This document shows positions 59,615 through 64,000 of a stretch of 64,000 nt of DNA, piece by piece. How positions within the stretch are numbered: position 1 is the stretch's first letter; every line of letters begins with the position of its first letter. A program made the translations under genes and the position numbers. The stretch is from NCBI GenBank assembly GCA_963777315.1, contig CAVZQC010000001.1, positions 1-64,000 of the forward strand. The letters run 5' to 3'. The notes under the pieces are model-generated. The model saw only the letters and a list, made by a program, of their open reading frames with translations. It was not told the origin of the DNA and ran no database searches. This DNA comes from Vulcanimicrobiota bacterium. GTDB lineage: Bacteria > Vulcanimicrobiota > Vulcanimicrobiia > Vulcanimicrobiales > Vulcanimicrobiaceae.

Positions 59615-62528
59615 CCGAGAGAAACGGCGCTGCTTGCGCTTCCAAAGCTTTTGCGCGCTCTTCGAGCACGAAAAGAACTTGGTACTGCGACACCGTCGGC
59701 GCCGCGTCGGCTGAAGCTGCGGTCGCGCCCAGATACGACAGCTTGCCGTAGACCTGCTGAGGATAGCGCAGCGCGTCTTCGCTCTGCGTTACTTCGGGCT
59801 CGTAAATGCGATGCAGCAGGGCATCGGCTCGTGCCCCGGCGCGTCCGTTCTTGGCTTTTACTGCGTTGAGGCCGTCGATCGTCGAGGTGAGCCGGGCCAG
59901 ATCCGCCCGGACGCGCTGCAGGAAGGCCAGCTGCGCGCGCATGTCTTTCAGGCTCGCTCGAGAACGCGGGTCCGCGCGCACTTGCAGCGTACCCTCGCGC
60001 GTGATGCCGTTTTGCGTTACGCGTACGGTGTAGCTACCGGGCAACACCAGCGGACCGTTGAAGCCGCCTTCTCCCCACGGCGCGTAGTTTTTGACCGGGT
60101 GCAAATCTTCGTAACGCAGATCCCACCACACGCGGTTGATGCCTGCTGCGGGCTTTTTGACCGCGAGCGTGCGAACCGGTTGCGTTCCGTCCAGAATCTC
60201 AACGCGTACCGCGCTATCGGACGCCGCGTTTGTGACGTAGAAGTTGACGTCCGCGCCGTAGGTGGGATTCTCGCCGCCCCATGCCGAGGCGTTGAATCGG
60301 CCGATCCTATAGCGATAAGCCGGACGCAGCGTAAAGAGGTGCAGCGGTTGCTCGCCAACGCTTTGCGTGAGTTCCTGAAGCGGGTGAAGATCGTCGAGAA
60401 TCCACAGTGCGCGGCCGTGGGTTGCCACGATCAAGTCGTCGAAGCGCTTTTGCACTGTAAAGTCGTACACGGGCGCTACCGGAAGATTGGCGTTGAGCGC
60501 GATCCATCGTGCACCGTCGTCGTACGAGAGCCACAGCCCGGTTTCCGTGCCGGCGTACAGCATGCCGCGGCGCACCGGATCGGCGCGAATCATTCGGGCG
60601 TAGGAATCCTGCGGAAGCGTTGCCGCTATCGGGGTCCAGTGCGCGCCATAGTCCGCGGTCGTATACAGATGGGGCGCGCGGTCGCCGGATTTGTGATAGT
60701 CGACGGCCATGTACGCCGTCGCGGGATCGAACGGCGATGGGTCGACGTAATCGATGCGCCCCCATGAGCCGGCGGCGTCGTGCCGCATGGCCACAGGCGC
60801 GACGTTCGTCCAATGTCTGCCGCCGTCGCGCGTGAGCCACACCAGTCCATCGTCGGTGCCCACCCACAATTCGCCCGCACGCAGCGGCGATTCAGCGATG
60901 CAGAAAATCGTGTCGTAGTATTCGACGCTGGTGTTGTCGGGCGTCAAACCCCCGGAAAACCGTTCGAAGCGTTTGTCGTTGCGCGTAAGATCCGGACTGA
61001 TCGCGCGCCAACGCACGCCGCCGTCGTCCGTGGCAAAAACTTTGTTGCCGCCCATGTACAGCCGATGCGGATGCTCGGGAGAAATCGCAAGCGGAGAGGT
61101 CCACTGAAACCGGTAGCGCAGCTGCGCTGCGGGCCATCCCATAGCGTCCTCCGGCCACACGTCGATCTCGCGCGACTGCTCGCTGCGGCGATCGAACTGC
61201 GTGAGCGCTCCCTGGTATCCGTCGCCGTAGATGAGGTTGGAATTCGCGCCGTCAAAGACGATCCAGCCGCTTTCGCCTCCTCCGGCATCGAACCAATCGT
61301 TTTCGCTGATGCCGCCGTACGCCAAACTATTGCTGGGTCCGCATGCGCTCCCGGCGTCCTGCGTTTCGGCGCAGACCGTATAGGGCGTGCGATCGTCCGT
61401 ATCGACGTGGTATGCCTGCGCGAGGGGGATCGCCGCGTTCATCCACCCGTGAGGCGCCGCCGAGGTAAACTGTGAGCCGCCGTCGTCGCCCGCAATCATG
61501 CGCTGCGAATCGCGCGGATCGATCCATAACCAGTGATAATCACCGCCGCCCGTGCCGTGCAGCACTTCCGCGCGGGCGCCCCCGTCGGTCGAAAGCCACA
61601 TCTGCACCGACATGAAGTACACGCGATCGGCGTTTTGCGGATCGACGGTGAGCGAGCTGAAGTAGAATGGGCGCTGATCGATGCCGTGACTTTTGTTCAC
61701 CAACTTCCACGACTTGCCCGAATCCTCGCTGCGCCACAGCGTGCCTTCGTTCGATTCGATGAGCGCGTACACGCGCTTGGGATTGCTGGGCGCGAAGGCG
61801 ACCGCTATCCGGCCCATCATCGTCGCAGGAAGGCCCGCTCCCCGCAGTCGCGTCCACCGGTCGCCGCCGTCCGTCGACTCGTACAAGCCGTCGTCGACGC
61901 CGCCGCTGTTCAAATGATACGGCGTGCGCCAGCCTTCCCACATGCCGGCGATAAGGTGGTTTTTATCGGCCGAGTCGATCGCGACGCTCGACGCGCCGGT
62001 GCGCGCGTTCGCGTACAGCACCCGCTGCCACGTCTTGCCGCCGTCGAGCGTTCGATAGACGCCTCGCGTAACACCCGGCTTGTAAAAATCACCTGAAACG
62101 GCGACGAACACGCGTTGTGGATCGGTGGAATCGACTGCGATGCGCGCGACCGATCCGCTCGCATCCAAACCGGCGTGCTGCCACGTTTTGCCCGCGTCGA
62201 TCGACTTCCAGATGCCGTCGCCGAATGCGACGTCGTTGCGCAGGTTCGGTTCGCCCGTACCTGCGTACACCACGTTTGCGTTCGAGGGCGCGACGGCGAT
62301 CGCTCCGATCGAACTGACCGGTTTGCCGTTGAAGATCGATTGCCACGTAGCGCCGCCGTCGCTGGATTTGAACAAACCGCCCAAGCCGCCCGCATAATAC
62401 GTCCGCGGATCTCCCGCGACGCCGCTGACGGTGTCTATCCGGCCGGAGAGCGGACCGATGTTGCGGAAGTGCAGATTTGAAAACAGCGAAGGCGATATCG
62501 CCATCAGCGCAACGGCAATAAGACGCAT
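59592..62528 (-). CDS. VPS10/BNR (Asp-box) repeat glycosyl hydrolase-like protein
   Basis: FRNIGPLSGRI and many SxDGGxTW Asp-boxes, ATHGRALWILDD. Confidence 0.88.
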   Translation of the reverse strand: MRLIAVALMAISPSLFSNLHFRNIGPLSGRIDTVSGVAGDPRTYYAGGLGGLFKSSDGGATWQSIFNGKPVSSIGAIAVAPSNANVVYAGTGEPNLRNDVAFGDGIWKSIDAGKTWQHAGLDASGSVARIAVDSTDPQRVFVAVSGDFYKPGVTRGVYRTLDGGKTWQRVLYANARTGASSVAIDSADKNHLIAGMWEGWRTPYHLNSGGVDDGLYESTDGGDRWTRLRGAGLPATMMGRIAVAFAPSNPKRVYALIESNEGTLWRSEDSGKSWKLVNKSHGIDQRPFYFSSLTVDPQNADRVYFMSVQMWLSTDGGARAEVLHGTGGGDYHWLWIDPRDSQRMIAGDDGGSQFTSAAPHGWMNAAIPLAQAYHVDTDDRTPYTVCAETQDAGSACGPSNSLAYGGISENDWFDAGGGESGWIVFDGANSNLIYGDGYQGALTQFDRRSEQSREIDVWPEDAMGWPAAQLRYRFQWTSPLAISPEHPHRLYMGGNKVFATDDGGVRWRAISPDLTRNDKRFERFSGGLTPDNTSVEYYDTIFCIAESPLRAGELWVGTDDGLVWLTRDGGRHWTNVAPVAMRHDAAGSWGRIDYVDPSPFDPATAYMAVDYHKSGDRAPHLYTTADYGAHWTPIAATLPQDSYARMIRADPVRRGMLYAGTETGLWLSYDDGARWIALNANLPVAPVYDFTVQKRFDDLIVATHGRALWILDDLHPLQELTQSVGEQPLHLFTLRPAYRYRIGRFNASAWGGENPTYGADVNFYVTNAASDSAVRVEILDGTQPVRTLAVKKPAAGINRVWWDLRYEDLHPVKNYAPWGEGGFNGPLVLPGSYTVRVTQNGITREGTLQVRADPRSRASLKDMRAQLAFLQRVRADLARLTSTIDGLNAVKAKNGRAGARADALLHRIYEPEVTQSEDALRYPQQVYGKLSYLGATAASADAAPTVSQYQVLFVLEERAKALEAQAAPFLSAKASSTP

Positions 62529-62693
62529 GCCGAAAACGTTGTAAGCAGGTCGAGCGGTCCCTGCGTGTCAGCCTAGTGGCACGAGAATACCGGCCGAGCA
62601 ACTGCGCACGCGGAATATCGCAAAAGGCCGGCTTCCGGCGTTTTCGTACGCGAAATCACCGGCTGAACACGATGAGCTCGCGCCCGAAGATGA

Positions 62694-64000
62694 TTAGCTG
62701 GCTGCGTGCTCCGGCTCGCGCTGCGCCGGCGGCTCGATCCCCGGGATTTTGCTAAAGCGCAGCTTGTCGGGATTGTCCGGATCGACTTCGGCCAGGATGC
62801 GGTCGCCGGCGCCGAACGTGCCGCGCAGCATTTCCTCGGCGAGCTCGTCCTCGACTTCGCGCTGAATCGCTCGGCGAAGCGGCCGTGCGCCGTACTGCGG
62901 ATCCCAGCCTTTTTTGGCCAGCAGCGCCTTGGCGTCTTCGGCCACTTCCAGGTGCATCTCTTGCGCCTTGACTTCGCGCATGACTTTTTCCAGTTCCAGT
63001 CCCACGATCTGTTCGATCTGCGGGCGCGTGAGTTGATGGAACACGACGATTTCGTCCAAGCGATTGACGAACTCGGGGCGGAAGGTGTGCTTGACCTCGT
63101 CCAGCACTTTGTTCTTCATGCGTTCGTACTGGCGGGCTTCGTCTTCGTCGGTGTTTTTCTGCGTGCGGAAGCCGATGTCGGTGGTCGTCGTGATTCCCGT
63201 CGCGCCCACGTTGGACGTCATGATGATCACGGTATTTTTGAAGTCGACCTGGCGGCCCTGAGAATCGGTCAGTCGTCCGTCGTCGAGAACCTGCAGCAGC
63301 AAATTGAAGACGTCCGGATGCGCCTTCTCGACTTCGTCCAACAGAATGACGGCGTACGGACGCCGGCGCACGGCTTCGGTAAGCTGGCCGCCTTCTTCGT
63401 AGCCCACGTATCCGGGAGGCGCGCCGACCAGCCGCGATACGGCATATTTTTCCATGTACTCCGACATGTCGATGCGGATCATCGAATCGGAATCGTCGAA
63501 CAGAAACTCGGCCACGCTGCGCGCCACTTCGGTCTTGCCCACGCCGGTTGGGCCCAGGAACATAAAGGACCCGATGGGGCGGTTGGGGTTCTTCAGGCCC
63601 GCGCGCGAACGTCGAATCGCGCGCACGATCACGTTGATGGCTTCATCCTGGCCGACGATGCGCTTATGCAGCGAGTCTGCCATGTTGAGCAGTTTTTCGG
63701 TTTCGGCCTGTGCGAGTCGGCTGACCGGTATCTTGGTCCACGACGAAACGATATAAGCGACGTCTTCTTCGGTGACCTTGATGATCTTGTCGCTTTGCGC
63801 GCGCTGTTCTTGCCACTCTTGTTCCAAGCGGCCCTTTTCCAGACGCACTTTCTCTTCTTTGTCGCGCAGCGCGGCGGCCTTGTCGAACTCCTGCGCTTTG
63901 ACGACGGCTTCTTTTTCGGTGATGATCCGGCGCAGCTGCGACTCGATCTCGCGAACTTCGCGCGGGGGAAGCGTTGCCTGCAGCCGCACGCGCGAGGCAG
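62694..64000 (-). CDS. clpC: ATP-dependent Clp protease ATPase ClpC (3' part)
   Basis: UVR coiled coil, [39 protein letters not shown]; truncated by the window edge. Confidence 0.95.
   Translation of the reverse strand, partial: ASRVRLQATLPPREVREIESQLRRIITEKEAVVKAQEFDKAAALRDKEEKVRLEKGRLEQEWQEQRAQSDKIIKVTEEDVAYIVSSWTKIPVSRLAQAETEKLLNMADSLHKRIVGQDEAINVIVRAIRRSRAGLKNPNRPIGSFMFLGPTGVGKTEVARSVAEFLFDDSDSMIRIDMSEYMEKYAVSRLVGAPPGYVGYEEGGQLTEAVRRRPYAVILLDEVEKAHPDVFNLLLQVLDDGRLTDSQGRQVDFKNTVIIMTSNVGATGITTTTDIGFRTQKNTDEDEARQYERMKNKVLDEVKHTFRPEFVNRLDEIVVFHQLTRPQIEQIVGLELEKVMREVKAQEMHLEVAEDAKALLAKKGWDPQYGARPLRRAIQREVEDELAEEMLRGTFGAGDRILAEVDPDNPDKLRFSKIPGIEPPAQREPEHAAS

Noticed and set aside
1..64000. Many long antisense or alternative-frame ORFs (e.g. 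21332-22870, 28598-30049, 45126-46847); CRISPR arrays, IS elements, prophage
   Set aside because: These are shadow ORFs expected in high-GC DNA opposite well-supported genes; no repeat-spacer arrays, transposases or integrases were seen.

Overview
GC-rich bacterial chromosomal window made mostly of housekeeping genes. It shows Bacillota-like synteny in an apparently diderm organism (a TolC gene is present), which suggests Eremiobacterota/Vulcanimicrobiota; this assignment is an inference. Contents in order: a tRNA cluster; sigH-rlmB-cysS-cysE-[stand-alone GluRS anticodon-binding domain]-ispF-ispD-PIN/TRAM-hemW-degV-plsX-fakA; rpmB; thiL-rpe-PASTA-only protein-yebC-GT-C/PMT fusion-polyprenyl synthase-plsC-cmk; radA-formiminotransferase-M16 peptidase-aldehyde dehydrogenase; dapD and an aminotransferase; a pentose-phosphate operon (tkt, tal-pgi, gnd, zwf, opcA, pgl); a TetR-HlyD-TolC operon; a hut operon; a WYL regulator; a VPS10/BNR protein; and the 3' part of clpC. 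Highlights: (1) an unannotated ~190-nt structured ncRNA at ~56370-56570 with its own sigma70 promoter and terminator, carrying motifs reminiscent of a compact raiA-motif RNA, preceded by DnaA-like boxes and convergent on a WYL gene; (2) two genes at ancestral loci that lack their catalytic domains (GluRS anticodon domain only; PrkC-like PASTA ectodomain only); (3) all four frameshifts found are single-base insertions at the centre of AGCT, probably a methylation or library artefact; (4) a recurrent sigmaB/sigmaF-like promoter in front of four small orphan genes. No CRISPR arrays, rRNA genes or mobile elements were seen.
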